This document shows, piece after piece, positions 49,910 to 60,363 of a stretch of DNA of 64,000 nt. A program made the position numbers and the translations under genes. The stretch covers positions 64,001 to 128,000 of the forward strand of contig JBBILD010000004.1 in NCBI GenBank assembly GCA_037445065.1, read 5' to 3'. Numbering within the stretch: the first letter of the stretch is position 1; each line of letters begins with the position of its first letter. This stretch comes from Myxococcales bacterium (GTDB lineage Bacteria; Desulfobacterota; Binatia; HRBIN30). Under the pieces are notes generated by a model. That model made no database searches. It was given only the letters and a program-made list of their open reading frames with translations, and was not told the DNA's origin.

Positions 49910-50673
49910 GCGTGGCGCGGACCGAGTCCCTCGGCACGCAGGTGCTGTTCTGCGGTACGGCTGATGCCTTTTGTAGCGCTGGGGCGGCGCAATCAGCGTA
50001 TCTGCTGCGCGGGGAAGAGGGGACGATCTTGCTCGACTGCGGAGCCACGTTGCTCGCCTCGCTCAAGCGGCACGGCGTACAGCCGGCTTTCATTGACGCT
50101 GTGGCCATCAGCCATTTGCACGGAGACCACTTCGCAGGACTCCCATTCCTGTTCTTGGAATTCGTGTACCGCTCGGAACGGAAGCGGCCGCTATCGGTGT
50201 TCGGCCCGCCCGGTACGGCAGAGCGCGTGTCGCAGTTGTTTGCCACGTACTATCGTGACGTGGGTACCCGGCCCTTACCGTTTCCGGTGGACTACGTCGA
50301 AGTCTTGCCTGGGCAAGAGGTGGAGTGGCAGGGCGGTACGTTGCGCGCCTTCCGCGTACCCCATCAAGAGCGCGAAGTCTCGCTGGGCTATCGCGTACGG
50401 ATCGGCAGCCGCCAGGTGGTGTACTCTGGCGACACAGGCTGGACGGAAGACTTGGTCCTCCACTCTGCGGGAAGCGATTTGTTCATTTGCGAGTGCAGTT
50501 TCTTCCACACGCGCGTGCAACATCACCTGGACTACCTGCGGCTTGCCGAGCACCGGCACGAGTTCTCGGCCCGCCGCATGGTGCTCTCGCACCTCGGCGA
50601 CGAGGTGCTCGCGCGGCGCGAGGAGGTAGAGTTCGAGCTCGCACAGGACGGTCTCTGCATCCGCCTGGAATGA
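49906..50673 (+). CDS. MBL-fold metallohydrolase, RNase Z/BN-like
   Basis: ILLDCG, ISHLHGDHFAG, VYSGDTGW, VLSHLG; ATGA overlap with gdh. Confidence 0.88.
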   Translation: MSVARTESLGTQVLFCGTADAFCSAGAAQSAYLLRGEEGTILLDCGATLLASLKRHGVQPAFIDAVAISHLHGDHFAGLPFLFLEFVYRSERKRPLSVFGPPGTAERVSQLFATYYRDVGTRPLPFPVDYVEVLPGQEVEWQGGTLRAFRVPHQEREVSLGYRVRIGSRQVVYSGDTGWTEDLVLHSAGSDLFICECSFFHTRVQHHLDYLRLAEHRHEFSARRMVLSHLGDEVLARREEVEFELAQDGLCIRLE

Positions 50674-50817
50674 GGCGCCTCGGTTCGTTGCCGCACCTCT
50701 TCGGGCCACTTCACCGCGTTTTCTTGGTAGGTGGCGGCCGCGGTAGCGCCGTTTTCCCCAATTGGCGGGCCGGGCGCCGGCAGCTTGCCGTGCGGCGCCA
50801 ATGTCACTGTGGCGCGC

Positions 50818-51030
50818 TCAGCGCCGGAACAGATGGAGGAGCAGGGTCAGAAGCAGGCTCAGGATCAGGCTGGTCATGAGCGGGAAGTAAATGCGCACGC
50901 GCTCGCCCTCGTAGTAGAGGTCGCCAGGAAGGCGGCCGAGCCATGGAACCTTCCCGGCCAGAGTCAGCAGCAAGCCCAGCACCAAGAACACGACTCCCAG
51001 CAGGATGAGCAAACGACCGAACTCCGACAT
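50818..51030 (-). CDS. DUF2905-family small membrane protein
   Basis: WLGRLPGDL...IYFPLMTSLILSLLLT; usual neighbour of ruvB. Confidence 0.88.
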   Translation of the reverse strand: MSEFGRLLILLGVVFLVLGLLLTLAGKVPWLGRLPGDLYYEGERVRIYFPLMTSLILSLLLTLLLHLFRR

Positions 51031-51081
51031 CAGAGTGGACTCCACGATACGATGCGAGATGCCACGATGTGAAATTGCAAC

Positions 51082-52170
51082 CTAGTCGAAGAGCGCCCCT
51101 TGGCGAGGGGAGGCGCGGTAGGGTTTCCCCAGCGCCTCATAAGCAAGCCGAGTCGCCACCCGGCCGCGCGGAGTGCGGGCCAAATATCCCTCCTGGAGGA
51201 GAAACGGCTCATAGACGTCCTCGATCGTGTCGGCTTCCTCACCAATGGCCGCAGCCAGCGTAGCGATTCCGACTGGTCCGCCATCGAATTTCTCCACCAA
51301 TGTGGAGAGAATCGTGCGGTCCATGGCATCGAAGCCACGCTGGTCGACACCGAGCAGGCTCAGCGCTTGGTCGGCGACGCCGGCCGAGATCGTTCCGCCG
51401 GCGCGTACTTGAGCGTAGTCGCGAGCCCGGCGCAGCAGGCGGTTTGCAATTCGAGGTGTGCCGCGTGCGCGTCGCGCGATCTCGAGTGCGCCATCCGGCT
51501 CGAGGCCCACGGCAAGAATGCGGGCGGAGCGACTCACGATGCGCACCAAGTCGTCTGCGGAATAAAAATCCAAGCGAAAGGTAGCACCGAAACGGTCGCG
51601 CAAAGGCGAGGTGAGCAAGCCGGCGCGGGTGGTCGCCCCGATGAGGGTGAAGCGGCGGAGGTCGAGGCGCAAGCTGCGGGCGCTCGGACCTTGTCCGACG
51701 AGCACGTCAATCTGGTAGTCCTCCATGGCTGGATAGAGAATTTCTTCTACCACTCGGCTCAAGCGGTGGATCTCGTCAATGAACAAGACATCGCCGTGGT
51801 CGAGGCTGGTGAGCAGCGCGGCTAGATCGCCCGGGCGCTCGATCACAGGGCCGGAGGTGACATGAATCCGCACGCCCATCTCGCGCGCGATAATATGTGC
51901 CAAGGACGTTTTCCCGAGGCCTGGCGGACCGTAGAAGAGCATGTGCTCGAGGGGCTCCCCACGCCCCTTGGCCGCTTCGATCATCACTTGTAGGTTGGCC
52001 TTCACGTTGTTTTGGCCGACGTATTCGTCGAGTGTTCCGGGTCGTAAGGTGGCGTCGAGCCAGGCATCGTCCCACACCGGCTGCGCAGTCGTCGCTTCCG
52101 CGCGCGCTGTCCCTGGGGCCTCTGCGGTAGCCCGGTTAACAAACTCCGGCTGGCGCTCTTTGCCCTTCAT
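51082..52170 (-). CDS. ruvB: Holliday junction branch migration helicase RuvB
   Basis: [64 protein letters not shown]. Confidence 0.97.
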   Translation of the reverse strand: MKGKERQPEFVNRATAEAPGTARAEATTAQPVWDDAWLDATLRPGTLDEYVGQNNVKANLQVMIEAAKGRGEPLEHMLFYGPPGLGKTSLAHIIAREMGVRIHVTSGPVIERPGDLAALLTSLDHGDVLFIDEIHRLSRVVEEILYPAMEDYQIDVLVGQGPSARSLRLDLRRFTLIGATTRAGLLTSPLRDRFGATFRLDFYSADDLVRIVSRSARILAVGLEPDGALEIARRARGTPRIANRLLRRARDYAQVRAGGTISAGVADQALSLLGVDQRGFDAMDRTILSTLVEKFDGGPVGIATLAAAIGEEADTIEDVYEPFLLQEGYLARTPRGRVATRLAYEALGKPYRASPRQGALFD

Positions 52171-52754
52171 GCAGCCATCCTGCGCAGAGCGTTACGAATC
52201 AAACCCTCGAGACTATCCGCGCCGGCGGCGCGTGCTGCGGCCACGGCCTGCTCTGCTTCCGCGGCGCGATAGCCGAGATTCACCAGGGCCGACACCGCTT
52301 CGGCCTCCAGGTGGCCCATTGCAGGAACTGCTGACGGTTCTTCCGAGCGAAGTCGGCCAATTTTATCCCTGAGTTCGACCAACAGGCGCGCAGCAGTTTT
52401 TTTCCCGACCCCGGGGATCCGCACGAGGTGTGCAGTGTCTCCATCGCGAATCGCTCGCACGAGGTCACCCGCCGGACAGCCGGAGAGAATATTGAGTGCG
52501 AGGCGAGGGCCGATGCCTTGTACTTCCAAGAGAAGCTCGAACAGATCCCGCTCTTCAATGGCGAGAAATCCGTACAGTTGCAGAGCGTCCTCGCGCACGT
52601 ACGTGTACACGTGCACCCGCACCGGCTGGCCTAGCTCGGGCAACTGGCAGTAACTGGGGACGGACAAAAACACCTGGTAGCCCACCCCGTTGACGTCAAT
52701 GACGGCGAGCGAGGGGCTTTTCGCTGCCAAAGTGCCGCAGAGATACGCGATCAT
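52167..52754 (-). CDS. ruvA: Holliday junction DNA-binding protein RuvA
   Basis: [53 protein letters not shown]. Confidence 0.96.
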   Translation of the reverse strand: MIAYLCGTLAAKSPSLAVIDVNGVGYQVFLSVPSYCQLPELGQPVRVHVYTYVREDALQLYGFLAIEERDLFELLLEVQGIGPRLALNILSGCPAGDLVRAIRDGDTAHLVRIPGVGKKTAARLLVELRDKIGRLRSEEPSAVPAMGHLEAEAVSALVNLGYRAAEAEQAVAAARAAGADSLEGLIRNALRRMAA

Positions 52755-53284
52755 GAACGCATTCTTTTTATCCGACCTCGCCGCCAGAGCAAACCACGAA
52801 CCGATTGCGGCAGCTTTTGCGCAAATGGCGATGTTTGCAAGTGGCAGAGTGCCAGAGCCAAAGCATCGGCAGCGTCGCTCGAAGGCAAGTCCGGCAAGCT
52901 CAAAAGCCGCGCCACCATGGCTTGGATTTGTTCCTTCGAAGCGCGACCGTTGCCTGCTACCGCAAGCTTGACCGTGGCCGGGGTGTATTCCACCACGGGT
53001 AGCCCGTGCCCTCCAACGGCTGCTAGGATCGCCCCCCGGGCCTCGCCGAGGCGCAACGCACTTTGCACGTTTTCCCCGGAAAAGTTGCGCTCCAGCGCGA
53101 CGAGCTGGGGGGAGAACTCGGTGAGAACTGCTTCGAGCCTGCGCGCGAGTTCGGCTAACCGAGCGCTGAGGCTTCCGCGCAAGTGCCACACCCCATGGGC
53201 CACAGCGCGCGCATCGCGCAGGGGCCCTTGCACCACTGCCCAGCCGGAGACCCGCGTGCCTGGATCGACGCCCAGCACCCGCAC
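52751..53284 (-). CDS. ruvC: Holliday junction resolvase RuvC
   Basis: VLGVDPG, LGEARG, EYTPATVKLAVAGNGRASKEQIQ, DAADALALALCH. Confidence 0.95.
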   Translation of the reverse strand: MRVLGVDPGTRVSGWAVVQGPLRDARAVAHGVWHLRGSLSARLAELARRLEAVLTEFSPQLVALERNFSGENVQSALRLGEARGAILAAVGGHGLPVVEYTPATVKLAVAGNGRASKEQIQAMVARLLSLPDLPSSDAADALALALCHLQTSPFAQKLPQSVRGLLWRRGRIKRMRS

Positions 53285-53348
53285 CGCATTGTTCCCCACC
53301 GCTCCTCCTCGCGCCACGCTGCGGTGGAGTGGGATCCCCGCAGCCTTG

Positions 53349-54098
53349 CTAAGCGCTCAACCGTTCCAGCTCGTCTTGGTCGAAGTCTGCATTGGAGGCA
53401 ACGCTTTGCACGTCGTCGTGGTCTTCGAGTGCCTCCAGCAGTTTCATGGTCTGCTCTGCCTCCACACCCACTACCCGAACTGTGCTTTCCGGAATCATCG
53501 AGACGTCGGCGGCCTGGATCGGAATTCCGGCAGCTTGGATCGCTTGCTTCACGGCTTCAAACGACTCGGGTGCTGTCAGCACCTCGAAGCTCCCATCGCC
53601 CTCGCTGACGTCCTCCGCCCCGGCCTCGAGGGCCACCTCCATCAAACGATCCTCGTCCACTTGCGTTTTGTCCACAGTGATCACGCCGCGCTTCTTGAAC
53701 ATCCAGGAGACGCACCCGGTACTGCCGAGACTCCCTCCCGATTTTTCGAACAAGCGCCGGATTTCGGCCACGGTGCGGTTCCGGTTATCCGTCATTGCCT
53801 GCACCAAGATGGCCACGCCACCAGGGCCGTAGCCCTCGTACTGCACCTCCTCGTAGGCGACACCCTCTAGTTCGCCCGTGCCGCGCTTGATCGCCCGCTC
53901 GATGTTTTCGGCAGGCATGCTGTGTTCGCGTGCGGTTTGCACGGCTGTTCGCAAGCGCGGGTTTGCATTCAAGTCGCCTCCGCCCAAGCGAGCGGCGACC
54001 GTGATTTCCTTGATCAGCTTGGTGAACAGCTTACCGCGTTTCGCGTCGCGCGCCGCCTTTTTGTGGCGAATGGAGTGCCATTTGGAATGCCCGGACAT
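53349..54098 (-). CDS. yebC: YebC/PmpR-family protein
   Basis: [41 protein letters not shown]. Confidence 0.96.
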   Translation of the reverse strand: MSGHSKWHSIRHKKAARDAKRGKLFTKLIKEITVAARLGGGDLNANPRLRTAVQTAREHSMPAENIERAIKRGTGELEGVAYEEVQYEGYGPGGVAILVQAMTDNRNRTVAEIRRLFEKSGGSLGSTGCVSWMFKKRGVITVDKTQVDEDRLMEVALEAGAEDVSEGDGSFEVLTAPESFEAVKQAIQAAGIPIQAADVSMIPESTVRVVGVEAEQTMKLLEALEDHDDVQSVASNADFDQDELERLSA

Positions 54099-54198
54099 GA
54101 ACCTTAGCCCTCCTCATCGAGGCCATGATCGGTCGAGTAGGCTAGCCGCTAGCACAGGCACCTGGGGGTGTAAACCGAGGTGCCCGTCCTCGGCGGCC

Positions 54199-55032
54199 TC
54201 ACGGACCCGGCGCCGAAGGCCGGGCGCCAGCTTTGTGCTCTGGGTTGGCAACCCCACTTCGCTGGCGCCCGCGAAGGCGGCGGCCCAGAACCCAGGCCAC
54301 CCGGGCCGGGCCGCTCAAGGCGTAGCCGTAAAAGCCGAAGAAGAGGAAGAGCTGCGGCTCGGCGATGAGAAGCTTGAGCAGCAAGATGGCGACGAGGAGA
54401 CTCCAAAACGGCTGGCGCCGCAACAAATCCGTTTCTTTGAAACTGAAGTAGGGAACGGTGCTCACCATCAACCCGGCGAGGACGTAAGTGACGAGCAAGA
54501 GGAGCAGATGCTTGTCCGTCGGCCCAATCGCACCAAAGCGGTAAAAGAGCAGTACGGTCGCGGCGATGACTTCTGCTGCCGCCGGGATCGGCAAGCCGAT
54601 GAAATGCCGTTTCTCCATCGAGTCGAACTGCACGTTAAAGCGGGCCAAGCGCAGCGCTCCTGCGGTGAGGTACAAAGCCGCAGCGAGCCAACCCCACGAG
54701 CCCCAAGGTTCCAAGGCCCACCGGTAGATCAAGAGAGCGGGCGCCATGCCGAAAGCGACCAGGTCCGACAGCGAGTCGTACTCGATGCCGAAACGGGTAG
54801 TCGTGCGCGTGAATCTGGCCACGCGGCCATCGAGCATGTCGAACACATTGGCAATGAGGATGGCCACGGCCGCAGCGAAAAAATCCCCGCGCAGGCTCGC
54901 GACGATGGAGTAGAAACCAGCGAACAGGCCGCCGGTGGTGAGCAGATTCGGCAGGAGGTAAACGCCGCGGTTGAGAGGGGATCCGTCCTCCAGCGGCACG
55001 AGCACGCGAGAAGGTTTGCGTTCTACAGCCAT
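54199..55032 (-). CDS. pssA: CDP-diacylglycerol--serine O-phosphatidyltransferase
   Basis: LPNLLT, DMLDGRVAR...FGIEYDSLSDLVAFG, ALRLARFN, FIGLPIPAAA. Confidence 0.94.
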   Translation of the reverse strand: MAVERKPSRVLVPLEDGSPLNRGVYLLPNLLTTGGLFAGFYSIVASLRGDFFAAAVAILIANVFDMLDGRVARFTRTTTRFGIEYDSLSDLVAFGMAPALLIYRWALEPWGSWGWLAAALYLTAGALRLARFNVQFDSMEKRHFIGLPIPAAAEVIAATVLLFYRFGAIGPTDKHLLLLLVTYVLAGLMVSTVPYFSFKETDLLRRQPFWSLLVAILLLKLLIAEPQLFLFFGFYGYALSGPARVAWVLGRRLRGRQRSGVANPEHKAGARPSAPGP

Positions 55033-55694
55033 CGCGCGATCACGGTTTCTCCTGCACGTGTCTTTTGCCCGACTTTGACCTCGGCCGCAACCTCGCGTGG
55101 CTGCAAGTAGACATCAGCGCGCGAACCGAACAGGATCATGCCGTAACGCTGCCCGCGCACGACCTGGTCCCCGCGTTGCACGCGGCACACGATGCGGCGG
55201 GCGATAAAGCCGGCAATCTGCACCACCCACAGCCGCCGCCCGTTTTCGCTTTCCAGCAGAAGTGCGTTTTGTTCGTTATCGAGAGACGCCTTATCCGCAA
55301 ACGCCCGGAAATACTTCCCAGGGTGGTAGCGCACCTCGCGCACCGTGCCGTTACAGGGAATGCGATTCACGTGCACGTCGAGGGGCGACATAAAAATGCT
55401 GATGCGCAGGACACGCTGCTCGAAGAAGCGAGGGTCGTCCACCTTTGCCACTTGGATCACGCGCCCATCGGCGGGCGCTACGATGGCGTGCGGATCGGCT
55501 GGCGGTCGCCGCTCCGGGTCGCGGAAGAAGTTCACCGTAAACGCGAAGGCAAGCCCGCCGAGAACGGTTCCTAGCCAACCGAATAGCCAAGCGAGCAGCG
55601 CCCACAAAAAGATCGTAACGAGGATGTGGGGAAACCCCTCCCGCGCGATGGGCAGGAACCGCGGCGTGGGAGAGGCTCCGAGCTGTTCCGCCAT
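55023..55694 (-). CDS. psd: Phosphatidylserine decarboxylase proenzyme
   Basis: FFRDPER, APADGRV, IFMSPLDVHVNRIP, QIAGFIARRI, self-cleavage motif FGS. Confidence 0.95.
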   Translation of the reverse strand: MAEQLGASPTPRFLPIAREGFPHILVTIFLWALLAWLFGWLGTVLGGLAFAFTVNFFRDPERRPPADPHAIVAPADGRVIQVAKVDDPRFFEQRVLRISIFMSPLDVHVNRIPCNGTVREVRYHPGKYFRAFADKASLDNEQNALLLESENGRRLWVVQIAGFIARRIVCRVQRGDQVVRGQRYGMILFGSRADVYLQPREVAAEVKVGQKTRAGETVIARWL

Positions 55695-55727
55695 CCTTGC
55701 CGTGGGGCTTTGCCGGTCTCGTTGCGC

Positions 55728-56747
55728 TTAGTTCTTGCTCTTATCTACGAGCCGCTGGCTAGCAAGCCACGGCATCAGGGCCCGCAGTCGAGCCCCGACC
55801 GCTTCGATCGGATGCTTGGCTGCTTCTTGTCGCAGCTCCCGGAAGCGGGGCATCCCACACTGGTACTCCGTAATCCATTCTTTGGCAAAGGCGCCGGACT
55901 GGATGTCCTCGAGAATCTTCTTCATTGCCGCGCGGCTCTCTTCGGTGATGACCCGCGGGCCGCGCGTCATGTCACCGTACTCGGCCGTGTTCGAGATCGA
56001 ATAGCGCATGTTGGCAATGCCGCCTTCGTAAATCAGGTCAACGATCAATTTGACCTCGTGCACGCACTCGAAGTACGCCATTTCCTCCGGGTAGCCAGCC
56101 TGCACGAGCGTTTCATAACCAGCACGAATCAGTTCCGTGAGCCCGCCGCACAGCACCGCTTGCTCGCCAAACAAATCCGTTTCCGTTTCGTCTTTGAAGG
56201 TGGTTTCGAGCACGCCGGCTCGCGTGCCACCGATCGCCTGCGCGTACGCCAGACCTACCTCGCGAGTATCGCCACTCGGGTCCTGATGAACCGCGAGCAA
56301 GCAAGGGACGCCGCGCCCCTTTTCAAACTCGCTGCGCACCAAATGCCCCGGCCCTTTGGGTGCGACCATAAAAACGTTGATCGAGGGGTCGGGAACGATG
56401 CGCCGAAAGTGAATGTTGAAGCCGTGGCCGAATGCAAGGTACTTCCCGGCGCTCAGGCCCGGAGCGATTTCACTTTCGTAGAGGTCGCCGGCCACCTCGT
56501 CGGGCACCAGCACCATGACAATGTCACCCCAGCGTGCCGCTTCTGCCGTTTCGCGGACCGTAAACCCGGCCGCCTCGGCCTTGGGCCACGAGGAGCCACC
56601 GCGGTGCAGACCAACCATCACCTCGATGCCGCTGTCGCGCAGGTTGAGCGCGTGAGCGTGCCCTTGGCTGCCGTAACCAATGATGGCCACCTTTTTACCG
56701 CGCAAAAAGCTCGGGTTGGCGTCGGAGTCTTTAAATACGCGCATCAT
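55728..56747 (-). CDS. ilvC: Ketol-acid reductoisomerase
   Basis: [59 protein letters not shown]. Confidence 0.97.
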   Translation of the reverse strand: MMRVFKDSDANPSFLRGKKVAIIGYGSQGHAHALNLRDSGIEVMVGLHRGGSSWPKAEAAGFTVRETAEAARWGDIVMVLVPDEVAGDLYESEIAPGLSAGKYLAFGHGFNIHFRRIVPDPSINVFMVAPKGPGHLVRSEFEKGRGVPCLLAVHQDPSGDTREVGLAYAQAIGGTRAGVLETTFKDETETDLFGEQAVLCGGLTELIRAGYETLVQAGYPEEMAYFECVHEVKLIVDLIYEGGIANMRYSISNTAEYGDMTRGPRVITEESRAAMKKILEDIQSGAFAKEWITEYQCGMPRFRELRQEAAKHPIEAVGARLRALMPWLASQRLVDKSKN

Positions 56748-57265
56748 GCTACTTCTTCACTTTCTTCCGTTTCTGGGGGTTGCACGACCTTTGCGCCTCG
56801 GTGCATGGCTACCTTGCCGGTGCGCACGATCTCCAAGATGCCAAGCGTGCGCAAGAGGTCGATAAACGCCTCGATTTTCTCGTCGTCCCCGGTCACTTCG
56901 ACGATAAACGACTTAGGACCCACGTCGATGACCTTGCCCCGGAAGATGTCCACCACGTTCATCAACTCGGCTCGGGTGGTGCTGTCGGCGCGCACTTTGA
57001 CCAGCGCCATCTCCCGTTCCACGTGAGAGGAGCCGGTAAAATCGGTGACTTGGATGACGCCGATCAGTTTGTTGAGCTGCTTCTCGATTTGTTCGACCAC
57101 CCGGTCATCACCGCGAGTCACGAGCGTGATCCGCGACACGGTGGGGTCGAGCGTGACCGCAACCGTGAGGCTTTCGATGTTGAAAGCCCGGGCGCTGAAC
57201 AAGCCGGCGACGCGAGACAAAACGCCGAACTCGTTTTCCACCAAGACAGAAATCGTGTGTCGCAT
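56744..57265 (-). CDS. ilvN: Acetolactate synthase small (regulatory) subunit
   Basis: [49 protein letters not shown]. Confidence 0.96.
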   Translation of the reverse strand: MRHTISVLVENEFGVLSRVAGLFSARAFNIESLTVAVTLDPTVSRITLVTRGDDRVVEQIEKQLNKLIGVIQVTDFTGSSHVEREMALVKVRADSTTRAELMNVVDIFRGKVIDVGPKSFIVEVTGDDEKIEAFIDLLRTLGILEIVRTGKVAMHRGAKVVQPPETEESEEVA

Positions 57266-57315
57266 CGGGTCGTAAGGGCCAGGTCAGGCAGTGCAGTGAG
57301 CGCGCCGGGGGCGGC

Positions 57316-57558
57316 TCAGGCACTCAGGGATTTGCCCGCTTGGCGGTAGCGGGCCAGGATTCCCATGATTTTGTCTTTCCCGGCCAGTTTGAGTTTTTGC
57401 AATCGCTTGCGCTCTACTTCCTGGGCTGGGGTGAGATAGAGGCGACGATTGAACTCTGCCAGTTGCTGCTCCAGCTCGAGGTGCTCCAGGTAGTAGTGCC
57501 GGAGCTCCTCGTCCTGATCCATCAACTGGCGAATGAGTTCTTCGTCTTTTCGATCCAT
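57316..57558 (-). CDS. DUF465-family coiled-coil protein
   Basis: MDRKDEELI...EHLELEQQL...YLTPAQEVERKRLQKLKLAGKDKI; GGAGG RBS. Confidence 0.88.
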   Translation of the reverse strand: MDRKDEELIRQLMDQDEELRHYYLEHLELEQQLAEFNRRLYLTPAQEVERKRLQKLKLAGKDKIMGILARYRQAGKSLSA

Positions 57559-57629
57559 CTTGGCCACCCTCCTGCCGTTCGTGTGGGCAAGCGATAACGG
57601 CACTCGGATAGCCCATCTGGGCAAACCTG

Positions 57630-58343
57630 TCAAACCAACTGGCGCTGGCCTTCTCGTAACTTTTTCAGCTTTTTCCGGAACGTTTCCTCGGCCTCGCTGG
57701 CGCGAACGTAACGCGGCTCGAGATGTTCCGGGGGGTGTGGTCGGCCGTGTTGCAAGGCCAGGCGTGCCACCGCCACCGCGCACGCCCCATCCTCCGGGAA
57801 GGGGACCATCCTTGCCTGTGTCCCCAACTCTCGTTCCCACTCGGCCCCATAGCGATCGCAAGCATCCCCGATGATCGCGACGGGTCGGGGCAGTCGCGCC
57901 AGTAACGACCCGGGTGACAGCAACCACTCGCCGCCGAGTGGGAAGCATTGCTCACCCTGGCGCTCAAAAAGGCCCGCGTACACCTCTCCCCCCCGTGCAT
58001 CCAGTACCGCTGCCACCGTTCCGCTCTCGACCGGTGCGGCCAGGGCCAGTGCTTGTAACGTGGGCACAGGTAGGACCGGCAGGTCCACGGCAAAGGCAAT
58101 GGATTTGGCCAGGCTCAGCCCCACGCGTAACCCGGTAAAAGAACCTGGGCCAGCAGATACAGCGATGGCGTCCAGCGAGCGGACCTCGCAGCGCGCTTCC
58201 CCCAGCACCTCTTGAATCATCGGCAACACGTGCGCGGTATGCTCACCGCGGGTCGTGCGGCAGCGCACCACCGAAGTGTCTGGCCCGGCCACTAGGGCCA
58301 CGCTGGCTCGCCAGGTCGCTGTGTCAATCGCCAGAATCCGCAT
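57630..58343 (-). CDS. tsaB: tRNA threonylcarbamoyladenosine biosynthesis protein TsaB
   Basis: MRILAIDTAT, GPGSFTGLRVG, LDARGGEVY, LEPRYVR. Confidence 0.95.
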   Translation of the reverse strand: MRILAIDTATWRASVALVAGPDTSVVRCRTTRGEHTAHVLPMIQEVLGEARCEVRSLDAIAVSAGPGSFTGLRVGLSLAKSIAFAVDLPVLPVPTLQALALAAPVESGTVAAVLDARGGEVYAGLFERQGEQCFPLGGEWLLSPGSLLARLPRPVAIIGDACDRYGAEWERELGTQARMVPFPEDGACAVAVARLALQHGRPHPPEHLEPRYVRASEAEETFRKKLKKLREGQRQLV

Positions 58344-58462
58344 CGAATCGTTGCTCTGAGCGAAAGTCCGAAGGCTCCGGGATTTGCTCGGCCAAAGAGT
58401 AGGGCTGTTCACCGAACTCGGCTAGGACCGCTTCCTTACAGCAGTTTGCGGGCGGCGGCCGC

Positions 58463-59539
58463 CTAGCCCCACCGTTTCAGGACGCGAGCGATGTCGTTGT
58501 AAAAGGCAAAGACCATGAGCAGGAGAAGGAGCACCAGGCCAACTTGCTGTGCAATTTCTCGGTAGCGGATATCAATCGGCCGCCGGCGGATGGCCTCGAT
58601 CAAGAAGAAGAACAGGTGGCCACCATCGAGAACGGGGATCGGCAAGAGATTGAGCACGGCCAGGTTGACGCTGATCACCGCCATGAAATGCAGCAAGTAC
58701 TCGAGGCCGAGCCGCGCTTGCTCTCCGGCCGCCTGGGCGATGAGGATGGGTCCGCCAATTTCACGCGCGGGGATCTTGCCGGTAAGCATTTTGCCGATGC
58801 TGACCACGATCGTTTCTACCCACCAGGCAGTTTGTTGCACGGCCATCCAGGAGGCACGCAGTGGCCCGACGACTTGTACATCGAACCCCCGCTCGATCCC
58901 GATCACGTAGGCGGTTCCGGTGACTTCGCCGAACAGGTTTTTTTCTTCCCGTGGTTGGGGAGTGACCGAGACCTCCAGTCGCTGGCCAGCGCGTTCGACG
59001 GTGAGGACCACGGTTCGGCCACCGCTGCCACGGATCGCCTGGGAAAGTTCGTCCCAAGTCGCAACGGGCTTACCGTCCACCGCCAGCACGGTGTCGCCAC
59101 TTTTCAGACCGGCCGCCGCAGCCGGCATGTCCGCCATCACGTTCCCCACTTTCGCATGCTCGCTCGGTACGCGGGCGCCGTAGGTCGCGAACACCAGAGC
59201 GAAGGCCGCGACCGTGAACAGCAAATTGGCAAAAGGCCCGGCGAACACGATTGCAAAACGCTTCCAAAGCGGTTGTGCCTGGAAGGATGCGGCGCGTTGT
59301 TCTTCACTGACGGCCTCTTCCGGATCCTCACCCACCATCTTCACGTAACCGCCTAACGGGATGGCACTGATCACGTATTCGGTCTCACCGATTTTGCGAC
59401 CCACCACGACAGGCCCGAAGCCAATAGAAAACTTGAGCACGCCGACACCGCTCCACTTGGCCACCAGAAAGTGGCCCAGCTCGTGGAAGAGGATCAGCAA
59501 GCCGAGAACAACGACAGCAGCGACAATGGTCACGATCAT
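58463..59539 (-). CDS. rseP: RIP metalloprotease RseP
   Basis: HELGH, FSIGFG, IPLGGYVKM, AGPFAN, PDZ domain, NLLPIPVLDGG. Confidence 0.96.
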   Translation of the reverse strand: MIVTIVAAVVVLGLLILFHELGHFLVAKWSGVGVLKFSIGFGPVVVGRKIGETEYVISAIPLGGYVKMVGEDPEEAVSEEQRAASFQAQPLWKRFAIVFAGPFANLLFTVAAFALVFATYGARVPSEHAKVGNVMADMPAAAAGLKSGDTVLAVDGKPVATWDELSQAIRGSGGRTVVLTVERAGQRLEVSVTPQPREEKNLFGEVTGTAYVIGIERGFDVQVVGPLRASWMAVQQTAWWVETIVVSIGKMLTGKIPAREIGGPILIAQAAGEQARLGLEYLLHFMAVISVNLAVLNLLPIPVLDGGHLFFFLIEAIRRRPIDIRYREIAQQVGLVLLLLLMVFAFYNDIARVLKRWG

Positions 59540-59559
59540 GAGACGGCACGACCTCCGGC

Positions 59560-60363
59560 CTAGCGGCCCGTGAATAACTCTACGTAGTAGTAAACCAGAA
59601 CCACGGGGAAAAGCAGACTGTCGATTCGGTCGAGCACGCCACCGTGTCCCGGGAAAATCCAGCCCGAATCCTTGACGCCGAAGGCGCGCTTGAAAAGCGA
59701 CTCGCACAGGTCGCCCACCTGGCCCAAAACCCCCATAGCCGCTGCCAACGCCAGCATCTCGGCCAACGGCACGGAACGCAGCACGATCCAGTGGCACACC
59801 CAGCCGGTGAGGATGCTGAAAAGCAGGATCGCAAGCGCCCCTTCGATGCTTTTCTTGGGGCTGACGCGAGCGGCGAGTTGGTGGCGACCCCAGGTGCGGC
59901 CGACAAAATAACCGGCCGTGTCCCCGACCATGCCGACGGCGAGGACGAAAATGACCCAGTAAGGGCCGACCTCCGGGACACGGTGCAACCAAAGAAAGTG
60001 CGGCAGCAGCAGTGCGACATACGCGGCGCCGAGAAGAGCGAGACCAAGGTCCCGTAAAGCGGCTTCGAAGTCCGATCGGGAAAGCAGGATCCAGGTCAGC
60101 CCGAAGCATACCGCCGCGCTGGTGCCTGCGGCCAGCCACGCGCCTGGACCCGGCATCGCTCCAGCCAGCACCAGGGTGCCGAGCGCAACCACCAGCACCT
60201 GCTCGGCCAGCCTGCCGCCAAAGCAAATCAGTGCGATTTCGGACAAGCCCACTAGGGCGGCCAAAAAGACCACGGTTCCGATCGGCCAGGACACTGGCGC
60301 TAGGATCACAAGCAACAGCAGCGGAATGGCCACCGCTGCTGTTGCCAGCCTAGCGCGCAACAC
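59560..60363 (-). CDS. cdsA: Phosphatidate cytidylyltransferase
   Basis: DTAGYFVG, SPKKSIEG, GDLCESLFKRAFGVKDSGWIFPGHGGVLDRIDS. Confidence 0.96.
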   Translation of the reverse strand: MLRARLATAAVAIPLLLLVILAPVSWPIGTVVFLAALVGLSEIALICFGGRLAEQVLVVALGTLVLAGAMPGPGAWLAAGTSAAVCFGLTWILLSRSDFEAALRDLGLALLGAAYVALLLPHFLWLHRVPEVGPYWVIFVLAVGMVGDTAGYFVGRTWGRHQLAARVSPKKSIEGALAILLFSILTGWVCHWIVLRSVPLAEMLALAAAMGVLGQVGDLCESLFKRAFGVKDSGWIFPGHGGVLDRIDSLLFPVVLVYYYVELFTGR

